Source: Abditibacteriaceae bacterium
GTDB lineage: Bacteria > Armatimonadota > Abditibacteriia > Abditibacteriales > Abditibacteriaceae
Length of the DNA stretch: 16,497 bases
Assembly (NCBI GenBank): GCA_031372065.1
Contig: JANMKN010000282.1
Coordinates: forward strand, 1 to 16,497
Reading direction: 5' to 3'
Below the pieces are notes generated by a model. The model did no database searches. It was given only the letters and a program-made list of their open reading frames with translations, and had not been told where the DNA came from. Numbering within the stretch: the first letter of the stretch is position 1; every line of letters starts with the position of its first letter. The position numbers were made by a program, and so were the translations under genes. Positions 1 through 6,769 of the stretch are shown in pieces.

Positions 1-41
1 AACTCGATACCCCGTGGCACCCCGCCATGCTCCGAATGCGG

Positions 42-78
42 AAAAAAGATGCCCTGCGGGACGCCGAAGGCATCTTTT
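42..78. terminator. Intrinsic terminator-like hairpin, possibly bidirectional
   Basis: AAAAGATGCC (44-53) pairs with GGCATCTTTT (69-78). U6 tail on the - strand, U4 tail on the + strand. The gene it terminates is not visible in the window. Confidence 0.5.
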
Positions 79-82
79 CTCA

Positions 83-139
83 TTAGACTGATAAGTCCAA
101 CTGCCTAATCTATTTTACAACGCGCCCGCTCTTTGACAA
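83..139 (-). promoter_or_regulatory. Candidate sigma70 promoter with an operator-like palindrome just downstream
   Basis: Minus strand TTGTCA (139-134), 16-nt spacer, TAAAAT (117-112). Near-palindrome TTAGACTGATAAGTCCAA at 83-100 (14/18 positions symmetric). Confidence 0.35.
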
Positions 140-278
140 GAGGCCGCTGCCCCTATTTTTCGCTGGCGTTCTGCGAATCTGTTTTTATTGCCCCTATCCG
201 GCATTATAATCAAAAAGGCCGCATAATTAGGAGTTGGGCTGCTGCGCGAAGTGGCCTCGAAACCGATAGAATCAGAAT

Positions 279-701
279 ATGCAATTGCAAAATCGCTGGG
301 CAATATTCCTTTCGTCTCAAGCTGTGCTGAGCATATTTTGGGGCATCGGCTTTATTCGTGCCTATAACTTCTATACGTATACTCATTCTGTTCTTGCCCA
401 AACCAACAGTGCCAACGCAGCAGGAGATTTTAGATTCAGCAAGGCAATCATCTTTTGTTACGGTGTGAGTTTCGTGATCGGCACGTTGATTATTTGGTTT
501 GTAAGTCAACGCCGGCATCCCGTTTTTGTGTTTTCCGCAATCGGTGTTTATCTCATTGTTTTGAGCGTTCTTGCAGCTAAACCTGAAGCTGTTATTGTCA
601 TGTTTCCTGATCTTGCGCCTTTCATCGCGTTGCTTGCGAGCGTTATCCTTGGGCTGATTGGTATGGCAACAGCACTTATACTCAAATTCAGAAGGCGTTA
701 A
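279..701 (+). CDS. Hypothetical membrane protein, 140 aa, about 4 hydrophobic segments
   Basis: ORF with four long hydrophobic stretches and a basic C-terminus (KFRRR). AT-richer than the core genes. No family recognised. Confidence 0.7.
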   Translation: MQLQNRWAIFLSSQAVLSIFWGIGFIRAYNFYTYTHSVLAQTNSANAAGDFRFSKAIIFCYGVSFVIGTLIIWFVSQRRHPVFVFSAIGVYLIVLSVLAAKPEAVIVMFPDLAPFIALLASVILGLIGMATALILKFRRR

Positions 702-808
702 CAGCAGCACACAGTCGAAATAAAGATTGACCCAAGCAGCAAATCGGTCAGCGAATATCTTTGGCTGCAACATCTTAAGCAGCAGAAGCAAGCATAACCG
801 TCATAACA

Positions 809-905
809 AGAGACTGTGTTGGCAAGGGGTTTCTTTTTAGCAGTTTATTTTGCGTTTTGATAGGCACAACAGCAGCGCGTTTCTCAGGCGGGAAGCGCTT
901 TTTTG
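809..905. repeat. Direct repeat copy 1 (~97 bp); copy 2 at 1768-1864
   Basis: Shares identical 30-nt (TGTTGGCAAGGGGTTTCTTTTTAGCAGTTT) and 35-nt (TTTGATAGGCACAACAGCAGCGCGTTTCTCAGGCG) blocks with copy 2. Confidence 0.95.
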
Positions 906-946
906 TTTGTCTGCGCATTGATTTGCGGCCCGAAAACCATCAAATT

Positions 947-968
947 GCGGGCGAGACGCCCGCGCTCC
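947..968. repeat. REP-like GC-rich palindrome
   Basis: GCGGGCG-AGA-CGCCCGC followed by GCTCC. Form typical of repetitive extragenic palindromes; only one copy in this window. Confidence 0.45.
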
Positions 969-1054
969 ATTCCGCGAGTTTGCGGGTGAATAACATTGTT
1001 CGGCCTCGCGCGCGGCTTGGTAGGAAGCCGAGAAGGAACGGATATAATTAAGAC

Positions 1055-1261
1055 ATGAATCTGAAAGTTGAAACCGAACGCGAAGATGATGGGCGCTGGA
1101 TTGCCGAAGTGCCGGATTTACCAGGCGTTTTGGCTTACGGCTCAACGCGCGAGCGTGCTGTCGCTCATGCCGAAGCACTGGCTTTACGTGTCATTGCCGA
1201 ACGGTTGGAGAATGAAGAAGATGTGCCAGACATGGCAAATCTGTTTTTGGTAACGGCATGA
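1055..1261 (+). CDS. hicB: HicB-family antitoxin, short form, 68 aa
   Basis: Motif EREDDGRWIAEVPDLPGVLAYGSTRERAVAHAE matches the HicB partial RNase H fold. Stop overlaps the next start (ATGA, 1258-1261). Confidence 0.92.
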   Translation: MNLKVETEREDDGRWIAEVPDLPGVLAYGSTRERAVAHAEALALRVIAERLENEEDVPDMANLFLVTA

Positions 1262-1470
1262 GCCAATGGAAATCAACGAAAGCGCGCCGCGTTTTATCGG
1301 CTCTGCTCGGTATTGGCTGGAGTATCAAGCGCCAAAGCGGTTCGCATCGCACACTTGAACGCGCAGGTTGGCCGAATTACGTATTCGCCTTTCATGATAA
1401 CGACGAAATTGGGCCGGTCATGCTGTCACGCATCGCCAAGCAGACAGGCTTAACACCCAATGATTTGTGA
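1258..1470 (+). CDS. hicA: HicA-family mRNA interferase toxin, 70 aa
   Basis: GWSIKRQSGSH (conserved GSH histidine) and HDNDEIGPVMLSRIAKQTGL are typical of the HicA dsRBD-like fold. Confidence 0.92.
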   Translation: MSQWKSTKARRVLSALLGIGWSIKRQSGSHRTLERAGWPNYVFAFHDNDEIGPVMLSRIAKQTGLTPNDL

Positions 1471-1506
1471 CTGAAAGCAGCCAACATCAGTCGAATAAGA
1501 GACTCT

Positions 1507-1769
1507 CTCATGTTACGCAGTGCGCTTATGATAGGCACTGGAAAGAGCGATTTCATCGCTCGTCCCCTCACCCGGCCTCTCCCCCGTGGGGAGAGGAGAG
1601 TGTGGCCCATACGCTTCTTCATGCTTGAAACGGGCAGAAACATATGAGCGAGGTTCTCCTCTCCCCAGCGAAGCGAATGGGGGAGCCGGGAACCCGCTTG
1701 CGGGTGGCGGTGAGGGGACGAGCGACGAAGTCGCTCTTTCCTTATCACAACCTCACTGCGTAACATGAG
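1507..1769. mobile_element. Non-autonomous palindromic element (MITE/REPIN-like), 263 bp, with apparent 7-bp target duplication
   Basis: Termini CTCATGTTACGCAGTG / CACTGCGTAACATGAG are perfect inverted repeats. Imperfect arms continue inward (GAAAGAGCGA..TCGCTCGTCCCCTCACC and CCTCTCCCC..GGGGAGAGG motifs). AGACTCT flanks both sides (1500-1506, 1770-1776). No transposase. Confidence 0.75.
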
Positions 1770-1864
1770 AGACTCTGTTGGCAAGGGGTTTCTTTTTAGC
1801 AGTTTTTTTTTGGTTTGATAGGCACAACAGCAGCGCGTTTCTCAGGCGAGAAGCGCGCTTTTTG
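1768..1864. repeat. Direct repeat copy 2 (~97 bp)
   Basis: Same orientation as 809-905, offset 959 nt, with a few substitutions and small indels. Confidence 0.95.
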
Positions 1865-1881
1865 GTGAAAAGACACCGCAC

Positions 1882-1926
1882 AAAGCAAAAGACGGAAGCG
1901 CATTTTGCGCTTCCGTCTTTTGCTTT
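1882..1926. terminator. Bidirectional terminator-like hairpin downstream of the GH4 gene
   Basis: Perfect 21-bp inverted repeat AAAGCAAAAGACGGAAGCGCA / TGCGCTTCCGTCTTTTGCTTT with a 3-nt loop, 22 nt after the - strand stop. Confidence 0.8.
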
Positions 1927-1948
1927 ACCTACGAATCTGTTGGCCGCT

Positions 1949-3427
1949 TTATTTGTAACCCGGCAGGAATTCGGCTTCGGCGTCGAAGATTTCGAGCGTC
2001 ATTTGCTTGATTTCGGCGGGGCTGCACATCGCGGCAGTCAGCGGGTCGAGCATCAAGGCATAAATAGCGGCTTCTTTGGAGCGCTCCTGCGCGGCGGTGG
2101 CGCCCAAGTCGAACATTCTCATGTTGCTGTCGCATAAAGCGGCCATTTGCGGCGGGAGTTTGCCGTAAGTCGTCGGATTGATGCCGTTTTGGTCAATCAT
2201 GCAGGCGACTTCGACGCAGCCGTCCGACGGCAGATTGGAAATCAGCGGGCCGCCGCCTTTGGCCTCGTTCATGACGTTGCCGTGAATGCGAAACGGCACG
2301 TCTTTTTCGCGCGCTTCGATAATCCAACTGGCGTATTCCCAACTGCGCTCCCAGTTGATTTCTTTTTCGCCGCTGACCATCGCCATGCGATCTTTGTCGG
2401 CATTTTGGCGCCACGTCGGCCAGTTGTCGGCGTAAAAACTGGAGCCGCCATCATAACCGGGACGCGCAAATTTTTTCAGCAAATCCTTGCGCTTGCGATA
2501 ATAGGGCAGGTATTCCGATAAATGGCCGCTCGATTCGGTAATAAACGCGCCGAAATGCAGCATCATGTCTTTGCGCACGATGTCGCGGTGATGTTCGGGC
2601 ACATCGAAGTTGTATTGATCCTTCTTTTTGGCTTTGAGAGGCCCTTCAGCGAAGGCTTTTTCCAGTTCGGCCTGCGCTTTTTCTTTGAGCAGCGGATACA
2701 AATCTTTGCCGTTGTGTTCGAGTTTGGTGAACCACGCCAAGTGATTAACACCCGCGCATTCCCACACCATTTCTTTTATCGGCACTCCGGCGCGGCCCGC
2801 CAGTAAATGGCTGGTGCCCTGAACCGAATGGCACAGTCCGACGACCTGCATCGAAGAAGTGCGGCCCGCCGCGAGGCACAGCATACTCATCGGATTGGTG
2901 TAGTTCAAAACGATGGCGTTCGGGCACAGTTTTTCGGCATCGCGCAGCACATCTAAAAAGACGGGAATAGTGCGCAGCGATTTGAAAAGCCCGCCGGGGC
3001 CGATAGTGTCGCCGATGCACTGGTCAATGCCGTATTTGGCGGGAATATCGTTGTCGTGGCGCACGCAGGCGGTGCCCGAAACTTCGATGCAATTGACGAT
3101 GTAATCGCTGTTTTTCATCACCTTGCGGCGGTCGGAAGAAGCGATCACTTTCCAAGTGTCTTTGCCTTTTTGCGCGAACAGCTTGTTGATAAGCTGCTCC
3201 ATTGTTTTGAGGCGTTCTTCGTCAATATCCACAAGCGCGATGGTGCCTCCGGCGTTGCCGGGAATGTCAACGACATCGTTGACAAGGCGCGGTGTAAAGC
3301 CACTTCCGGCGCCCATCATGGTGATTTTAATCGGACGGCGCATCACGCCGGGCAAGCCTTTGGCTTCTGCTTCTTTGGTGTGTTCGGCGTGTCCTTTGGT
3401 TTGGGTCTTGATGTTTTCTTTAGCCAC
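1949..3427 (-). CDS. melA: GH4 NAD+/Mn2+-dependent alpha-galactosidase (MelA-like), 492 aa
   Basis: KITMMGAGSGF Rossmann motif, DTIGPGG, LNYTNP, GLCHS, GVNH and HLSEY motifs of GH4. Start reassigned to GTG 3427, which follows an AGGAG RBS; ATG 3343 is an alternative. The ORF-track start at 3601 overlaps the upstream gene. Confidence 0.88.
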   Translation of the reverse strand: MAKENIKTQTKGHAEHTKEAEAKGLPGVMRRPIKITMMGAGSGFTPRLVNDVVDIPGNAGGTIALVDIDEERLKTMEQLINKLFAQKGKDTWKVIASSDRRKVMKNSDYIVNCIEVSGTACVRHDNDIPAKYGIDQCIGDTIGPGGLFKSLRTIPVFLDVLRDAEKLCPNAIVLNYTNPMSMLCLAAGRTSSMQVVGLCHSVQGTSHLLAGRAGVPIKEMVWECAGVNHLAWFTKLEHNGKDLYPLLKEKAQAELEKAFAEGPLKAKKKDQYNFDVPEHHRDIVRKDMMLHFGAFITESSGHLSEYLPYYRKRKDLLKKFARPGYDGGSSFYADNWPTWRQNADKDRMAMVSGEKEINWERSWEYASWIIEAREKDVPFRIHGNVMNEAKGGGPLISNLPSDGCVEVACMIDQNGINPTTYGKLPPQMAALCDSNMRMFDLGATAAQERSKEAAIYALMLDPLTAAMCSPAEIKQMTLEIFDAEAEFLPGYK

Positions 3428-3473
3428 GAAAAATTTTCTCCTGTCGGGGTTGCTCGGCTTAAGGATAGCGGCA

Positions 3474-4553
3474 TCAAGACGGAATGTCCAAGCGTTTTTC
3501 GTCTTGCCGGAGGCGCAGCCACAAGCAAAGCGGCACCAAAAATATCGCGGCGTAGTCAATCCAGCACAACGGCGCGAACAGCACAACAGCAGAGCCGACA
3601 AAGGCTTGGCGCAAATCGCGCGACCAGCGACGCGCCAGCCACCACGAAAACAGCGGCCCGCATAAAGTGGAAGAGGTCAGGAAAAGTCGCGGCCCGACAG
3701 GGAGTGGCCCGGCTTCATAATGCCAGTAGCCCACAGCGCGCAGCAATCGCAAAACGCCCATCGGCAGCGAAAGGTTGGCCGTTTCAAAGGTGCCCTGACT
3801 AAGAACCGGCGGCACATTTTGCAGCCACCGCACATAAGATTGCGGCCCGCAAACCAAAGCGCCCAATAAAAACGCAGCCGCGAAAAAAAGCAGCGCCGGA
3901 AACGCGATTTCTTTAAGCGCACGCGGCCAACCCACCTGTTTTACTCCGTCGAAAAACGAAACCGTCAGCGGCCAGATAGGATGAATTTTCACACTCGCCG
4001 CCGTCGCCAAAGCCAAAGTGCGCATGGGAAAGGCAAACGCCACGCCCCAAAGTGCTGTTAGCATTGGCTGCACATTGCCCAGCGACATCACATGAATCAT
4101 GCCCGGACACAAGGTTAAAAATAAGCCGGAAATTAAAATTTTGTCCCACGTTGCGCGAGGGCACACTAAGCGCGCCAGACACCACGCGTAAATCCAAAAC
4201 GAAATAACAATCAGGCTATACCAGAAGCGTGCAAACGATAACTCACTGAGCCAGCCTAGCGGATACAAAAGCGCGATAAACGGCGGCGGATAATTATAAG
4301 GCATCGGTTTGAGATGCGGCCCGTAATCCGGCCACGGCGCATAAAGCGCCGCGCCGGCGTGCAATTGTTGCAAAGCGATGTAATAAACCTGATAATCGCA
4401 TTGTATTTTTGAGGGCCTCCAATGCAACGGCAACCACATAGAAAGCTGCACAAAAAGGTGAAATAGCGCTAAGAAAAGCAAGCCCTTATAAAACAAAGCG
4501 TTGCGTTTTTGCCGCGCTGAATCATCGGGTGTAGGGAGGCTGCCTGTCAACAT
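3474..4553 (-). CDS. Polytopic membrane glycosyltransferase, GT87/DUF2029-like (GT-C fold)
   Basis: DYQVYY, YNYPPPFIALLYPL, GNVQP and SVKIHP motifs plus many hydrophobic segments. ATG 4553 chosen because the longer start overlaps the divergent T-box promoter. Confidence 0.75.
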   Translation of the reverse strand: MLTGSLPTPDDSARQKRNALFYKGLLFLALFHLFVQLSMWLPLHWRPSKIQCDYQVYYIALQQLHAGAALYAPWPDYGPHLKPMPYNYPPPFIALLYPLGWLSELSFARFWYSLIVISFWIYAWCLARLVCPRATWDKILISGLFLTLCPGMIHVMSLGNVQPMLTALWGVAFAFPMRTLALATAASVKIHPIWPLTVSFFDGVKQVGWPRALKEIAFPALLFFAAAFLLGALVCGPQSYVRWLQNVPPVLSQGTFETANLSLPMGVLRLLRAVGYWHYEAGPLPVGPRLFLTSSTLCGPLFSWWLARRWSRDLRQAFVGSAVVLFAPLCWIDYAAIFLVPLCLWLRLRQDEKRLDIPS

Positions 4554-4581
4554 AAGCTGTAAGTAGAACAAAAACAAGCAA

Positions 4582-4610
4582 TTGACAGCATGGCAAAATC
4601 TTCTTATCCT
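4582..4610 (+). promoter_or_regulatory. Sigma70-type promoter for the T-box/ilvC-leu operon
   Basis: TTGACA (4582-4587), 17-nt spacer, TATCCT (4605-4610), about 20 nt before T-box Stem I. Confidence 0.7.
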
Positions 4611-4812
4611 ATGCATGACAAATTGCAAAGGCCGTGAAGAGGAGTAGTAAGCGGAGGGCGTTCGAGAGAGTCTCTGGCTGGTGAAAAGAGATAACGCGCA
4701 AACCTGAACTCGCCTTGGAGCTGTTGAGATGAGTGTTCAGTGGCCGGTGGTCAGTGAACAGTAGTTTTAACCGGGAACGCCCGTGACAGCGAATGAAGCG
4801 CCGTTGAACGAC

Positions 4813-4885
4813 AATTTTGAATTTTAAATTTTGAATTTTAAATTGAGCATATCAATTCAAAATTCAAAATTCATAACTCAAAATT
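4813..4885. repeat. AT-rich heptamer palindrome inside the T-box
   Basis: (AATTTTR)x4 + AATTGA, loop GCATA, then TCAATT + CAAAATT, CAAAATT, CATAACT, CAAAATT. Confidence 0.9.
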
Positions 4886-4931
4886 CCGCGCAGCGGAATG
4901 TGGGTGGCACCACGGGAGAACTTTAAATCAG

Positions 4932-4964
4932 TCTCTCGTCCCGCAGGGGACGGGGGATTTTTTT
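4932..4964 (+). terminator. T-box conditional terminator
   Basis: TCTCTCGTCCC-GCAG-GGGACGGGGGA followed by T7. Confidence 0.9.
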
Positions 4965-5042
4965 GTGTCTGTGACTGTGTCTGTAAGAGCGAGGCGCTAA
5001 GAGCGACGCGCCAAGAAAAGCAAACGCTAAAAGCCAACCATT

Positions 5043-5360
5043 ATGCAAGAACTGATTTCGCCCGCGCAATCGGAAAAATTGGTGCTTTTGGGTGCGCTGC
5101 TTTTGGCGCTGTGGGGCGCGTGGGCCGGTTATCGCGCTGTTGGCACCAAAGGTTTGCTGGGCGCGCTGCCCGGCGTGCTGGTTTTCCCGCTTTGGCAGTT
5201 GCACAAGTATCTGACGCGCTTTGATCCGACAACCGGCTATTTCGGCTTGGATAAAGTCAAAGTGCTTGGGGGCGAAGTTGTCTTATTCGTCGTGTTGGGC
5301 GCCCTTTTGGGCTGGATGTGGAACAAAATTCAATTAACCACAGAGAACACAGACAATTGA
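5043..5360 (+). CDS. Hypothetical small membrane protein, 105 aa, about 3 hydrophobic segments
   Basis: ORF with host-like codon usage and three hydrophobic stretches; first gene after the T-box terminator. Confidence 0.75.
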   Translation: MQELISPAQSEKLVLLGALLLALWGAWAGYRAVGTKGLLGALPGVLVFPLWQLHKYLTRFDPTTGYFGLDKVKVLGGEVVLFVVLGALLGWMWNKIQLTTENTDN

Positions 5361-5413
5361 AAAAAGCGAATGTAAAACGCGCTTTCTCCATTCTTAAAGT
5401 TGTCTGTGGTTAA
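5334..5413. repeat. CACAGA-type 9-nt-period inverted repeat
   Basis: TTAACCACAGA (5334-5344) / TCTGTGGTTAA (5403-5413); the left arm has tandem CACAGAGAA-CACAGACAA. Confidence 0.6.
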
Positions 5414-5433
5414 ACAATCAAGGAGCAATTATT

Positions 5434-6426
5434 GTGGCGCAGATTTATTACGATCAGGACGCGGATTTGAAAGCCTTAGAAGGCAAAACGGTTTCGGTGA
5501 TTGGCTTTGGCAGCCAAGGGCGCGGGCAGAGCCTGTGCTTGCGTGACAGCGGCGTGAAAGTGCTGATTGGCGTTCGTCCCGGCAAGTCGCGCGATGCGGC
5601 CCTTGCCGAAGGCATGGAAGTCGTGGACACCGAAGAAGCCGCGCAGCGTGGCGATGTGATTCAGATTCTCACGCAAGATCATATGCAGGCCGAGATTTAC
5701 GAAAAGCAAGTCAAACCGCACCTCACAGCGGGCAAAGCCATGCTGTTTTCGCACGGTTTTAATGTGCATTTTGGTTTTATCGTGCCGCCCACCGATGTGG
5801 ACGTTTTAATGGTCGCGCCCAAAGGCCCCGGCCCGTTTGTGCGCCGCCAGTATGAAGAAGGCAAAGGCGTTCCGGCGCTGCTTGCCATTCATCAGGACGC
5901 AACGGGCAACGCCAAAGCGATTGGTCTGGCTTATGCCAAGGCTCTGGGTGCCACGCGCGCGGCGGTTTACGAAACCAATTTTCAGGAAGAAACCGAAACC
6001 GACCTTTTCGGTGAACAAGCCGTTTTGTGTGGCGGCACAAGTGAACTGGTGCGCGCCGGTTTTGAAACTCTTGTCGAAGCCGGTTACGCGCCCGAAATGG
6101 CGTATTTCGAGTGCCTGCACGAACTGAAACTCATCGTTGACCTGATGTATGAAAAAGGCATCACCGGAATGCGCGCCGCGATTTCCGATACCGCCAAATG
6201 GGGCGATGTAACGCGCGGCAAACGCATCATCAACGAGCAAACGCGCGCCGAAATGAAGAAAATTCTCGGCGAAATCCAATCCGGCGACTTCGCCAAAGAA
6301 TGGATGGCCGAAAACCAGCAAGGGCGCCCCAATTTCATCAGCAAATTGCAGGAAGAAGCCGACAGCCAAATCGAAACCGTCGGCGCTGAACTGCGCGGCA
6401 ACATGAGCTGGATGAAGGGCAAATAA
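5434..6426 (+). CDS. ilvC: Ketol-acid reductoisomerase, class I (short form), 330 aa
   Basis: [52 protein letters not shown] and ISDTAKWG motifs. GTG start after AAGGAG. Confidence 0.98.
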   Translation: MAQIYYDQDADLKALEGKTVSVIGFGSQGRGQSLCLRDSGVKVLIGVRPGKSRDAALAEGMEVVDTEEAAQRGDVIQILTQDHMQAEIYEKQVKPHLTAGKAMLFSHGFNVHFGFIVPPTDVDVLMVAPKGPGPFVRRQYEEGKGVPALLAIHQDATGNAKAIGLAYAKALGATRAAVYETNFQEETETDLFGEQAVLCGGTSELVRAGFETLVEAGYAPEMAYFECLHELKLIVDLMYEKGITGMRAAISDTAKWGDVTRGKRIINEQTRAEMKKILGEIQSGDFAKEWMAENQQGRPNFISKLQEEADSQIETVGAELRGNMSWMKGK

Positions 6427-6454
6427 AGTCTTAGGCCCACTTCAAACAAACGAA

Positions 6455-6739
6455 ATGACTCGTAAGAGAAAAAAACGTCTTGGAGTGGGCCTTGGATGTT
6501 TCTTCGTATTTTGGGGGTTAGTTGCTGGTGGTGTCGTTGGAGGTTTAATGTGCATTGCCCTATCATTGGGCTTGGCTGACAGAATTGATGATTCATCAAG
6601 TTTGATTAGCCAAACATTAACAGTTTTTTCTTTGTTATTACCTCTCGCCGGCGCTATCCTCGGTTTCATTGGTGGCAACTGGATTAGCGACGCGATTAAA
6701 CGAAGTAGCTTCTTTGGTGGTGATGAGACACAAGAGTAG
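6455..6739 (+). CDS. Hypothetical small membrane protein, 94 aa, 2 hydrophobic Gly-rich segments
   Basis: Basic N-terminus followed by two long hydrophobic segments; fills the ilvC-leuA gap; visibly AT-richer codons than its neighbours. Confidence 0.6.
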   Translation: MTRKRKKRLGVGLGCFFVFWGLVAGGVVGGLMCIALSLGLADRIDDSSSLISQTLTVFSLLLPLAGAILGFIGGNWISDAIKRSSFFGGDETQE

Positions 6740-6769
6740 CAAAATAACACGAGACAAAGGAGGTTTGCG

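Larger units (their letters stand above)
4630..4964 (+). ncRNA. T-box riboswitch (transcriptional), Leu specifier CUC
   Basis: Stem I has a GA motif, AGUA, an AGAGAG bulge, a GGUGAAA loop and GAA-CUC-G (CUC at 4709-4711). Stem II contains AGUA. T-box GGG-UGGCACC-ACGGG at 4902-4916 pairs with UCUCUCGUCCC, which overlaps the terminator. Lies upstream of leucine biosynthesis genes. Confidence 0.93.

Noticed and set aside
1..108. Open + frame containing CSECGKKM, resembling half a zinc ribbon
   Set aside because: The fragment is too short, no partner CxxC is visible, and it runs through a terminator-like hairpin; upstream sequence is needed.
210..791. 193-aa minus-strand ORF
   Set aside because: Antisense shadow of the 279-701 membrane-protein gene, with no motifs.
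690..1500. Integron cassette array (membrane ORF plus hicBA)
   Set aside because: No canonical RYYYAAC...GTTRRRY attC pair was found after either gene and there is no integrase. The short CAGTCGAA match at ~712 and ~1488 is too weak.
1392..1784. 130-aa and 60-aa ORFs as a possible transposase remnant
   Set aside because: They are translations of the palindromic element (LSPRGRGRVRG arises from the CCTCTCCCC repeat) with no DDE or HUH motif.
3428..3601. N-terminal extension of the GH4 ORF in the ORF track
   Set aside because: It overlaps the GT87 gene; a good RBS supports GTG 3427 instead.
4965..5037. Short TGTG(T/A)C x3 and AAGAGCGA 14-nt repeats after the T-box terminator
   Set aside because: Only 2-3 short degenerate copies with no inverted partner; no function can be supported.
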